IMG/VR virus record: IMGVR_UViG_3300027733_000094
Location: 1 to 41,081 of that record
Origin: a virus
Lineage: Duplodnaviria > Caudoviricetes
Length of the DNA: 41,081 bases
Direction: 5' to 3' (one strand)
Every line of letters starts with the position of its first letter. Within the stretch, counting starts at the first letter, position 1. The notes under the pieces are model-generated. The model did no database searches. It was given only the letters and a program-made list of their open reading frames with translations, and was not told where the DNA came from. A program made the position numbers and the translations under genes. This document shows, one piece after another, positions 17,166-24,331 of the stretch.

Positions 17166-19034
17166 CTATCCGTATGTTTGTGCCCATTGCTCTGCAAAGG
17201 CTTCATCTAAATTCAGTGAACCACGACTGGACATCTGCGCCCTGGTAGCCCATCGGTTGGTTTGATACTGTCCCACTCTGGAGGACTGTTGCATTAACTC
17301 ACGGATGCGAATAATCGCAAACCATAAAGCCATAACGCAGTCGGTAGGGTTCTTGGTGTCTGGCTTCCAGGTAATCAATTCTTGAACCAAAGTCTTAAGA
17401 CCCTCAGAGCCTTCGTTAGAAGGTAGTTCAATGATATTGTTATCGTTAAAGCGTCCATCACGTGCACTGCCAAAAAGCATTGCCATAGATGCCACACCAA
17501 AAGATGTGTCCCACTTATTCTTACCAGTAAAGTGTGAGTTTAACTGGCACCCATACTGGGCTAAAAAGTTTCTTAAGTTCTCATCCAGGGCGTAAGCCTT
17601 CTGGTGAGCGTTGATTTCAATTCTTACTTCCTGGGGTTTGTACTTCTCAACCCAGTCTTCAATCAAACTTTGAATCTTGGCTGGCGTTGGGTCAGTCATA
17701 TTGATGCAGTCAAGAACATAAATCTTGCCATCGGCTCGATTGTATGTACAGATGACGGCACCTGTTGCACCTGCCATAGCAGGGTCAAGTCCCATTACCG
17801 TGTAAGAAGATTCGATATTCTTAGGATGACCTGGAGTTCCAGCCTTTAGTGGTCCGCGTTTACGCATTCCGTTGACAGAGTTTTGCACGCACAGGGGTGA
17901 GAAGATTGAATCTTCGGTGACGTCTTCTTGCTGGTAGACCATAGCCCAGACCGACGGAGCGACCTCAGAGCGGCGTGTAAAGAGAGAAGGTCCATCCCAC
18001 TTGGGAAAAAGTCCTTGCTCATCAGGTTCATCCAATTCGTTTTCTTGCTGGTCCGATTTAGCCCAGAGTGTTTTCCATTCAGAAGGCTTTTCATCAAACT
18101 CAAGAACCGCTGGCATAGCGCAGTAGGTGAAGGGGGTCTTGCCACCCGACCACTGCTTTGAATCGCGCAACATCTTGTAGAGGTCAATCGGTGCCACTCT
18201 GGTTCCGACGATAATTAACTTACCGTGTCTACCAAGACGGGTAATAACTTCTTTCTGAAGCCAGTCCATCTGTTTTTCCCACTCGTGGGCATTGCTACCC
18301 ATAACTGCGTCATCAACAATAATCAGGTCAGCACGAGCACCGTAAATCTGGGAACCGATACCAAGGGCTTGAACCGTTGGGTCCTTCTCGCCTGAGTCTC
18401 GACCAGTACCGAGGTAAATCATATCTGCCTGCCACTGGGTGGCATCTGCCTTGTATCCACCATTAGGTCCAAAGGCAACCTGTAGTTTGGTGTAGGCAGG
18501 GTGTGAAAGTCTTGTCTTGATTGCCCCAAGAAATTTACGAGCCATACCCTGAGTCTTAGAGACGATAATGACTCTAGTGTTGGGATTGGTCACAATTCGG
18601 TAGACCACGTAGTTGGTCGTGATGACCGTAGACTTAGCGTGCTCAGGTGGGACGTTAATTAGGATTCTGTTGGTAGCCGCTGGCTCATAGGTCATAGCGG
18701 GATGTAGCCATCTAGGTTCCCGACCCTCAATCATATCGAACCAGTTAAGGTGATGTGGGAAGAGGCGGGTATCTAGGAACTGCTCACAGAAATCAGGGAA
18801 CTCGATATCTTTAAGTTCTTTTAGGTCAGCCTTGATGCCCTTACCTAGAAGGCGGGCTTTCTCAGAGCGTTCTTTGAACTCAGGGTCTTGCATCACCCAT
18901 TGTCTAAAAGTTGTGTCATTACGGTTGACGGTACCCATAGCACCAGTAATGGTGTTACCTTGCTCCAGTTGGAGGAGTACCCGTTCCTGGGCTTCCTTCT
19001 TGGAGATGTCCTGCTTTCCAGCCTTACGTCCCAT
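17166..19034 (-). CDS. terL: Terminase large subunit with N-terminal TerS-like HTH extension
   Basis: Walker A variant VPPEHAKST, Walker B LIIVDD, coupling GTR, nuclease GLDPAM and DCVMAL; ATG at 19034 after GGGACA. Confidence 0.92.
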   Translation of the reverse strand: MGRKAGKQDISKKEAQERVLLQLEQGNTITGAMGTVNRNDTTFRQWVMQDPEFKERSEKARLLGKGIKADLKELKDIEFPDFCEQFLDTRLFPHHLNWFDMIEGREPRWLHPAMTYEPAATNRILINVPPEHAKSTVITTNYVVYRIVTNPNTRVIIVSKTQGMARKFLGAIKTRLSHPAYTKLQVAFGPNGGYKADATQWQADMIYLGTGRDSGEKDPTVQALGIGSQIYGARADLIIVDDAVMGSNAHEWEKQMDWLQKEVITRLGRHGKLIIVGTRVAPIDLYKMLRDSKQWSGGKTPFTYCAMPAVLEFDEKPSEWKTLWAKSDQQENELDEPDEQGLFPKWDGPSLFTRRSEVAPSVWAMVYQQEDVTEDSIFSPLCVQNSVNGMRKRGPLKAGTPGHPKNIESSYTVMGLDPAMAGATGAVICTYNRADGKIYVLDCINMTDPTPAKIQSLIEDWVEKYKPQEVRIEINAHQKAYALDENLRNFLAQYGCQLNSHFTGKNKWDTSFGVASMAMLFGSARDGRFNDNNIIELPSNEGSEGLKTLVQELITWKPDTKNPTDCVMALWFAIIRIRELMQQSSRVGQYQTNRWATRAQMSSRGSLNLDEAFAEQWAQTYG

Positions 19035-19071
19035 TAAGTTGTCCCAATCTCGGTGCCCTCTGGAGTGCGAA

Positions 19072-19620
19072 TATAACACCAATAACGCCTACAAAATAAC
19101 GGCATAACTGTGGCGCATTCCTACGAAGTAGGTTCGATATTTATATATTATATCGAACGAGTGAAGCCCTAGCGAAGCGAGTTCGCTAGAACTTTTAATA
19201 AGTTCTTGCTATATAAGATAACCCGTTGGAACGGGTAAAACCGAACACTTGTATGTATATATATTTATATATGGGGGCTACTATATATAAAAGCCCTGGT
19301 CAGGGCGCTTATAACAGAAATATATTATGGGACCATATATACTATATAGTCGACTGATTTAATCAATACCCCCTCAAACCCTCACCGAGTTCTGTAGTTC
19401 TGCAACCCTCACCCTTTACCACAGGGTTAGACATTCTTTTACCTTATGTTTATTTCTAGTTAAGGCATATTAAAACCGTCTTTCTTGGCTAATACCGAAA
19501 GTTCAAGGCGTTCTTTGATTGGTTGACTATCCCCTCTCCAAATCTACGGGGCAATATATAAGTTACTCAGTGGTAACATATCGGGGAAGGTTTCCCAAAT
19601 TGTCGACAAATCGACATTGA
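19072..19620. other. AT-rich non-coding region dense in inverted and direct repeats (candidate origin, packaging site or late-promoter region)
   Basis: Inverted repeats at 19132..19158, 19169..19189, 19188..19207, 19221..19236 and 19293..19306; ATAAC x4; AACCCTCACC x2; separates divergent arms. Confidence 0.55.
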
Positions 19621-19657
19621 CAGAGTGCGACAGTTCACAGGATTCTCTCAGGAAATC

Positions 19658-19677
19658 GTTATCAAACTGTTATCAAA
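19658..19677 (+). promoter_or_regulatory. GTTATCAAA direct repeat with 11-bp period upstream of early promoter
   Basis: Copies at 19658..19666 and 19669..19677. Confidence 0.45.
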
Positions 19678-19693
19678 AAAGCCTTGTTTGCTC

Positions 19694-19722
19694 TTGACAC
19701 GCCTAAGTTGTGCCTGTAGATT
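19694..19722 (+). promoter_or_regulatory. Early sigmaA/sigma70-type promoter
   Basis: TTGACA-17 nt-TAGATT; predicted start site ~19730. Confidence 0.8.
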
Positions 19723-19774
19723 TCATCTTAGAAGGTCAGGAACTACCCCGACCTCAACACGACAGGAGCACCAA

Positions 19775-20038
19775 ATGTACATCAACAACACACAGGCAGA
19801 AACAATCTTCGACCTTATCGCAAAGCAAGATGAGAAGTTATCTCTCGGAGAATATCGCCTAAACTTCTTGGCAAGCCGTGAAGAACTCGTTGAACTTATG
19901 GAGAAACTCGCTCCAGTAATCAAGGACACAGGTTGGGCAGATTCCCCTGAGTGGCTTGCACAGGTTCACCGCAAAGCCCTAGAAAACGACCTAGCCGAGA
20001 AGCGTGCAAAACTCGCCGAGGCGTTCGGCGTAAAGTAG
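19775..20038 (+). CDS. First early protein, hypothetical (87 aa)
   Basis: GACAGGAG RBS at 19761, ATG at 19775. Confidence 0.8.
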   Translation: MYINNTQAETIFDLIAKQDEKLSLGEYRLNFLASREELVELMEKLAPVIKDTGWADSPEWLAQVHRKALENDLAEKRAKLAEAFGVK

Positions 20039-20045
20039 CAAGGAA

Positions 20046-20115
20046 GCCCCTCCCCGCGAAGGCGGCACAGGTTCACGACCTAGAGGGGCACGAGTCAGGG
20101 AAACAACTCCCCGAC
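20046..20115 (+). ncRNA. tRNA-like three-way-junction element copy 1 plus leader hairpin
   Basis: GCCCCTC/GAGGGGC; CCGC-GAAG-GCGG; AGG-TTCACGA-CCT; then ACG; hairpin 20094..20115. Confidence 0.7.
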
Positions 20116-20135
20116 CAAAAACAGGAGGCAATAAA

Positions 20136-20600
20136 ATGACTGAAGACTTCAACGCTTACCGATTCGGCAACAACTTACCAAAGCGCCTACAAAATGGCTT
20201 CTTTAACAAGTTACACGAAATCGAACGCGAGGCGCGTTCTCGTGGCGCTTGGCAGGCAAATAGAGACCTAGACGAAATCGTCAAGAACTACCGAGCAACA
20301 CAAAAGGAGCGTATGCAGGCGATTCAAGACGAGGAAACTCAGAAGCGAGCCGAGATTCGTGACAAGCAGGACGAGTTGCACCGCCAACTCAACGCCCTTC
20401 AAGAAGAACTCAACCAAGTTTACGAAACAAGGAGCGAAGCGGTGGCAGATATTGACCGAGAGGCTTGTGCTTTGCCTGAGTATCAAGTCAAAAAGCAGGT
20501 GCATAGTATCCTTTGGAATACCGCCCACGAATACGAGCAAATCAAGCAACGCGAACTAGTCGCAAATTATGAAAAGAAGATAGAAAAAGCCACAGTTTAA
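20136..20600 (+). CDS. Early coiled-coil protein
   Basis: 154 aa, E/Q/R-rich; ACAGGAGG RBS. Confidence 0.8.
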   Translation: MTEDFNAYRFGNNLPKRLQNGFFNKLHEIEREARSRGAWQANRDLDEIVKNYRATQKERMQAIQDEETQKRAEIRDKQDELHRQLNALQEELNQVYETRSEAVADIDREACALPEYQVKKQVHSILWNTAHEYEQIKQRELVANYEKKIEKATV

Positions 20601-20606
20601 GGGCTA

Positions 20607-20675
20607 GCCCCGCCCGCCTAGGGCGTGCCGATTCGATTCGGAGCGGGGCACGAGTGGAGGCAACAATGCCGCCAC
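20607..20675 (+). ncRNA. tRNA-like three-way-junction element copy 2 plus leader hairpin
   Basis: GCCCCGC/GCGGGGC; CGCC-TAG-GGCG; CCGA-TTCGAT-TCGG; then ACG; hairpin 20654..20675. Confidence 0.7.
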
Positions 20676-20698
20676 CAAATCAAGACAGGAGCACGACA

Positions 20699-20881
20699 AT
20701 GACACGCAAGGACTTCGAACTAATCGCAGGAGCGATTGCAGGAATGCAAGACAAATACACGGGAGAGGATTGGTCTATAAATGGGGCTATGTATCCATTC
20801 GCCCGCCAACTGGCGGACGCTTTAGAGAAATCAAATCCACGCTTTGATTCTGAGAAGTTCCTCAAGGCTTGCGGGGTATAA
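20699..20881 (+). CDS. Small early protein of the common MTRKD...NPRFD...AC phage family (60 aa)
   Basis: GACAGGAG RBS; MTRKDFELIA...NPRFDSEKFLKACG. Confidence 0.8.
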   Translation: MTRKDFELIAGAIAGMQDKYTGEDWSINGAMYPFARQLADALEKSNPRFDSEKFLKACGV

Positions 20882-20888
20882 ATCCCCA

Positions 20889-20961
20889 GCCCTAGCCCCT
20901 TGACAGAGGGCAACTGCTCGCGACAGACTAGGGCACGGAGGCAGGGCAACAATGCCAAGCC
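20889..20961 (+). ncRNA. tRNA-like three-way-junction element copy 3 plus leader hairpin
   Basis: GCCCTAG/CTAGGGC; CCCT-TGACAG-AGGG; CTG-CTCGCGA-CAG; then ACG; hairpin GGCA-ACAA-TGCC. Confidence 0.7.
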
Positions 20962-20985
20962 CCATTTTAGACAGGAGAAAACAAA

Positions 20986-21123
20986 GTGAAACAGTGCAAA
21001 GTTACAGGGTGCAACTCTGTAGAGTTAGTTTATTCAGGGATTGACGCTTTTATTCTTGGCGTTGAAACAGAAACCATCTGTTACGACCACGCCAACGAGC
21101 AGGCGCAGGCGGTCACACAATGA
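20986..21123 (+). CDS. Small putative Zn-binding protein (45 aa)
   Basis: GACAGGAG plus GTG; MKQCKVTGC...ICYDH; ATGA overlap with next gene. Confidence 0.75.
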   Translation: MKQCKVTGCNSVELVYSGIDAFILGVETETICYDHANEQAQAVTQ

Positions 21124-21554
21124 CCACAGGCAAAGAACTAAAAGCAACACTCGGCAAGATTGAAGGCGGGGAACTCTTCGACATCTTTAACCTTCTCCCT
21201 GATATCGCAGGGGGCGAGGCTTGGTCGGCAGAGATTAAAGACTGCGCCCGCTCAATGGCTGATTGGCTAGACGAGGGCAGAGACTATGACCTAGATGACC
21301 TCCGCGACCTTGGCGGGGAGTGGTCTAACTCAGAGTGCGAGGACTACCACAACAACATAAACGCACGAGTGCAAAGCCTTAGCCTATGGGCAAGTAATGA
21401 TTTAGATTGGCAAGTGGACGAGGTTAATCAGTTGTCAAGTTATCCAAGCCTCACAGACTTGAACACGCAGTATCTCTGCTCCGCTATGCGCCAACTATGG
21501 GACGCAGTAGCAGACCAAGCACACCAAAACACAGAAGAAGGAGGCGAAGAATGA
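21120..21554 (+). CDS. Acidic early protein, candidate Ocr-like DNA mimic
   Basis: 144 aa with 31 D/E versus 9 K/R; DYDLDDLRD segment; acidic tail. Confidence 0.55.
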   Translation: MTTGKELKATLGKIEGGELFDIFNLLPDIAGGEAWSAEIKDCARSMADWLDEGRDYDLDDLRDLGGEWSNSECEDYHNNINARVQSLSLWASNDLDWQVDEVNQLSSYPSLTDLNTQYLCSAMRQLWDAVADQAHQNTEEGGEE

Positions 21555-21712
21555 AACTCACACGACGCGGAGAAATTGTATTCAAAGTTCTTTTAATTGC
21601 TGGCGCACTGCTCCTTCTTTGGGGCGTGTACGAGGTGGTCGGCAACCTATGGTGGACAGGTTCGGGTTATTGCTGGGGTTCAATGGTCGAGTGTATGGCG
21701 GGTGGGCTATGA
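21551..21712 (+). CDS. Small membrane protein (53 aa)
   Basis: MKLTRRG plus one TM helix; GGAGG RBS. Confidence 0.75.
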   Translation: MKLTRRGEIVFKVLLIAGALLLLWGVYEVVGNLWWTGSGYCWGSMVECMAGGL

Positions 21713-21867
21713 CATACGGGTGCGGGGTTGGTGGGTGCTTGACTTGTTATCCGTATCAGTACGCTTGCGCGGACTGCGGAGCAAGGTGGGAAAAGCCTAT
21801 CAACAATGGAGAGGTTTACACCTGCGAAGATTGCGACTACATTAACAACTCAAAGGAGGAACTATGA
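21709..21867 (+). CDS. Zn-ribbon protein (52 aa)
   Basis: MTYGCGVGGCLTC..CADC..CEDC; ATGA overlaps. Confidence 0.7.
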   Translation: MTYGCGVGGCLTCYPYQYACADCGARWEKPINNGEVYTCEDCDYINNSKEEL

Positions 21868-22139
21868 ATCAAGACTCGATTTCTTGGGGCGAGTTGGCAG
21901 AACTAACTCACGCCACACAGGTGGAGCGGTTTAACTTCTGCACTTGCGAAGAGCAGGAACAGTTTCCATATTCAGATTGTCCAAGACCAAACTGCAAGCA
22001 ATGTGGGGATAAAGTAATCACAGAGGGCAACGGGTGCACAAAATGCAACAATGAATTCTGCGGTTATTGTTGCGAGTTCGACAACACCCCGTTGTGCGGT
22101 GACCATCTTGTGTCAATAAAAGATTGTGATTGTTTGTGA
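21864..22139 (+). CDS. Cys-rich putative Zn-finger protein
   Basis: 91 aa with multiple CxxC; AGGAGG RBS. Confidence 0.75.
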   Translation: MNQDSISWGELAELTHATQVERFNFCTCEEQEQFPYSDCPRPNCKQCGDKVITEGNGCTKCNNEFCGYCCEFDNTPLCGDHLVSIKDCDCL

Positions 22140-22225
22140 TGATGTTCTTGATTATTGCAGGCTTTCCAATTATAGTTCTAACCGTGCTTGGAATCCTAAG
22201 CACGCAACCAATAGCAGACGAATAG
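22139..22225 (+). CDS. Hydrophobic micro-protein (28 aa)
   Basis: TGATG coupling; MMFLIIAGFPIIVLTVLGILSTQPIADE. Confidence 0.5.
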   Translation: MMFLIIAGFPIIVLTVLGILSTQPIADE

Positions 22226-22239
22226 ACAGGGGCAAGGAA

Positions 22240-22407
22240 ATGGAAAAAGATTATGAAGTTAAGATGACATACGTTGTCTATATCAACACGGAAGCAGAGT
22301 CGGAAGATGACGCTATCGAAACAGCAAAACAAACAGCAGAAGAACAGCACGGAAATCGTATATCAGAGTTCGCACAATTTGAAATCGTAAATGGACAGGA
22401 GAAATAA
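22240..22407 (+). CDS. DpnD/PcfM-like small acidic protein (55 aa)
   Basis: YEVKMTYVVYINTEAESEDDAIE pattern; GACAGGGG/AAGGA upstream. Confidence 0.6.
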   Translation: MEKDYEVKMTYVVYINTEAESEDDAIETAKQTAEEQHGNRISEFAQFEIVNGQEK

Positions 22408-22409
22408 AA

Positions 22410-22586
22410 ATGATTAACTACTTTACAAACTGGAATCAAACAATGCAGGACGCATACAACAACGGAGAAATCTTTCTATGGGCTTGGTCAATAGGGGCTA
22501 TGCTACTTCCCTTCATAGGCGTGGCACTGGTAGTTGCCGCCCTTGGCTTAGGTGCTTTCAAACTATGGGAGGAACGCGGACTATGA
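22410..22586 (+). CDS. Small membrane protein (58 aa)
   Basis: GACAGGAG RBS; MINYFTNW...IGAMLLPFIGVALVVAALGLGAF. Confidence 0.7.
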   Translation: MINYFTNWNQTMQDAYNNGEIFLWAWSIGAMLLPFIGVALVVAALGLGAFKLWEERGL

Positions 22587-22690
22587 GCACACAAGAACAA
22601 AAGATAGATGAAGCAATATCAAGTTTAGAGCAGGCTATGCAAGCGTTGCGAGACTTAGGACTCATCACAGAGGCGGACGAAGATGACTAA
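22583..22690 (+). CDS. Small acidic helical protein (35 aa)
   Basis: GGAGG RBS, ATGA overlap; MSTQEQKIDEAISSLE... Confidence 0.65.
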   Translation: MSTQEQKIDEAISSLEQAMQALRDLGLITEADEDD

Positions 22691-22862
22691 GCGCACAATT
22701 ACTGCAGAGGTGGACGAAGAATGGTTCACTATATTGGGGCAGATAACCCGACATCAAGATGGTTTCGTATGGCTTGGCGTAGAGGAGGAGACTTTACAAG
22801 ACCGAGCCAACCGCACTAACCCTTATCTATTAACAACCAAAGAGGAGGCAGGCAATGGCTAA
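22683..22862 (+). CDS. Hypothetical protein (59 aa)
   Basis: MTKRTITAEVDEEWFTILG...; fills the gap with 8-nt overlaps. Confidence 0.65.
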   Translation: MTKRTITAEVDEEWFTILGQITRHQDGFVWLGVEEETLQDRANRTNPYLLTTKEEAGNG

Positions 22863-22995
22863 GTATGTAGTCTTATGTCAAGCAGATGAGTGCGAGGCAG
22901 AGAACGAAGATTGGGAGGACAAGAACGGTACATACTGGTTCACTTGTTCTACTTGTGGTTATGATAATGAAGTTGTCTATGATGGGAGTAAATAA
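22855..22995 (+). CDS. Zn-ribbon protein (46 aa)
   Basis: GAGGAGG RBS; CQADEC...CSTC. Confidence 0.7.
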   Translation: MAKYVVLCQADECEAENEDWEDKNGTYWFTCSTCGYDNEVVYDGSK

Positions 22996-23228
22996 TGGGA
23001 GAACAATATCGGATATCTTATAAACTCGAAGGTGTAAGGATTGTTAATGTGTGGTTACCTGATGGACTTGAACCCCCAAAAGGGTTTCATCTGTGGGAGT
23101 ACGCACAACAGGACGAATGGTTGTACCAACATCAAGCACATATGAATGTGCACCTTGAAGATATACACCACGCAGAGGCAGAGTCAGTGCTGAAGGTGCA
23201 TCATCTCAAGGCTGTAGTTAATGAATAG
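22995..23228 (+). CDS. Hypothetical protein
   Basis: 77 aa; TAATG coupling. Confidence 0.7.
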   Translation: MGEQYRISYKLEGVRIVNVWLPDGLEPPKGFHLWEYAQQDEWLYQHQAHMNVHLEDIHHAEAESVLKVHHLKAVVNE

Positions 23229-23574
23229 CGGGAGAGACTGGCACGCAGAGGGGCACTGTTCGGGTCACCCTGACCCTGACTTGTGGCACTACACGAATTC
23301 AAACCTATTAGATGAGCAACAACTGGAAGTCTTACGCAGTGTTGAGGCTATAGAAATCTGTCGCTCTTGCCCTGTTAAATCGGAGTGCTTGCAACAGGGG
23401 CTAGAGCCTGAGAATTTATTGTGGTCTATAGGTGGCAACGGTGCTATATGGGGAGGCAGGCTTGCCTCAGATAGAGCACTGATGGCGGGTTACAAACCAA
23501 CTCATAATGCAGTGCGCCACGAACAGCGACACGCAAGGAATGTAAAGGCAAAACTTGGTAGAATTCTCAGATGA
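23221..23574 (+). CDS. whiB: WhiB-family [4Fe-4S] transcription factor
   Basis: W...C...DPDLW...A..ICRSCPVKSEC...GAIWGG with four conserved Cys. Confidence 0.9.
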   Translation: MNSGRDWHAEGHCSGHPDPDLWHYTNSNLLDEQQLEVLRSVEAIEICRSCPVKSECLQQGLEPENLLWSIGGNGAIWGGRLASDRALMAGYKPTHNAVRHEQRHARNVKAKLGRILR

Positions 23575-23981
23575 AAATAAGAATGATGCTTCTTATCCTG
23601 ATGTTCGTATTCGCTTGGACATTTCCATTAACCCATAATGTAGAGGTCAAGGTTAATATCGGTAAGCCTTTAACTAAGCAGACCAAGGCTACCTATGAAC
23701 AGAAGCAAGAGAATAAAGTGATGGCTATGCGCTACGCCAAGGCAGGTTGGAACTGGGATGCAAAGCAAAGACGGTGTGCCTTCTCACTCTTTATGAAAGA
23801 GAGCAAGTTCGACCACTTAGCAAACAACCCTAAGTCAACAGCCTTTGGCATAGGGCAGGTACTTAAAGAGACAAGCAGAGAACCTGCCATACAGATACTG
23901 CACGCATATAAATATATCGAGCACCGATATTCCACTCCCTGCAGGGCACTAGCCCACCATAATCGCAGGAACTGGTATTGA
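23571..23981 (+). CDS. Secreted or anchored lytic transglycosylase (SLT-like, actinobacterial type)
   Basis: Hydrophobic N-terminus; KES catalytic Glu, AFGIGQ, YIEHRYSTPC, terminal WY. Confidence 0.8.
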   Translation: MKIRMMLLILMFVFAWTFPLTHNVEVKVNIGKPLTKQTKATYEQKQENKVMAMRYAKAGWNWDAKQRRCAFSLFMKESKFDHLANNPKSTAFGIGQVLKETSREPAIQILHAYKYIEHRYSTPCRALAHHNRRNWY

Positions 23982-24163
23982 TGTTTGACCTTTACAACCT
24001 AGAGAACCCAACCTTTGCGTGTATCTGTGGTTGTTTAATGTTTGAGATTACCGTAATGTGGGATGTTGAATCAAGAGAGGTGGGCTGGTATGATTTACGA
24101 CAGAGGTGCAAGGAATGCGGGTCAGAATCCACAGCCCCAACACCAATGGATTGGGATACATAA
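23978..24163 (+). CDS. Small Zn-binding protein
   Basis: 61 aa; CICG...CKECG. Confidence 0.7.
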   Translation: MMFDLYNLENPTFACICGCLMFEITVMWDVESREVGWYDLRQRCKECGSESTAPTPMDWDT

Positions 24164-24330
24164 TGCCAACGTATGATTATAAATGTGAAGTATGTGGTGG
24201 TACTCTAGAGATACAACGTGAGTTCTCTGAACAAACAAATATAATGTGTTGCCAACAGGCTATGCAGAGAGTATGGTCAGCACCAGCAGTCAAGTTTAAT
24301 GGCACTGGTTTCTATAGCACAGGAGGATAA
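24163..24330 (+). CDS. FmdB-family zinc ribbon protein (55 aa)
   Basis: MPTYDYKCEVCG...CC..M.RV.SAPAVKFNGTGFYST. Confidence 0.85.
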   Translation: MPTYDYKCEVCGGTLEIQREFSEQTNIMCCQQAMQRVWSAPAVKFNGTGFYSTGG

Positions 24331-24331
24331 G

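Noticed and set aside
686-18200. Numerous plus-strand ORFs of 60-140 aa opposite the structural genes (also 32253..32912 and 39613..40134)
   Set aside because: Shadow frames of well-supported minus-strand genes, with no RBS or recognisable motifs.
19658-19677. DnaA boxes
   Set aside because: Two to three mismatches to TTATCCACA in each copy.
20046-20937. Genuine tRNA genes
   Set aside because: Only 43-46 nt, one arm in place of the D and anticodon arms, short T-like stem, no CCA.
20046-20937. Hammerhead ribozymes or intrinsic terminators
   Set aside because: The three-way junction lacks the CUGANGA and GAAA cores, and no U-tract follows.
19733-20977. CRISPR or mini-CRISPR array
   Set aside because: Repeats conserve structure rather than sequence and are separated by whole genes; the Cas4-like gene is a stand-alone replication nuclease.
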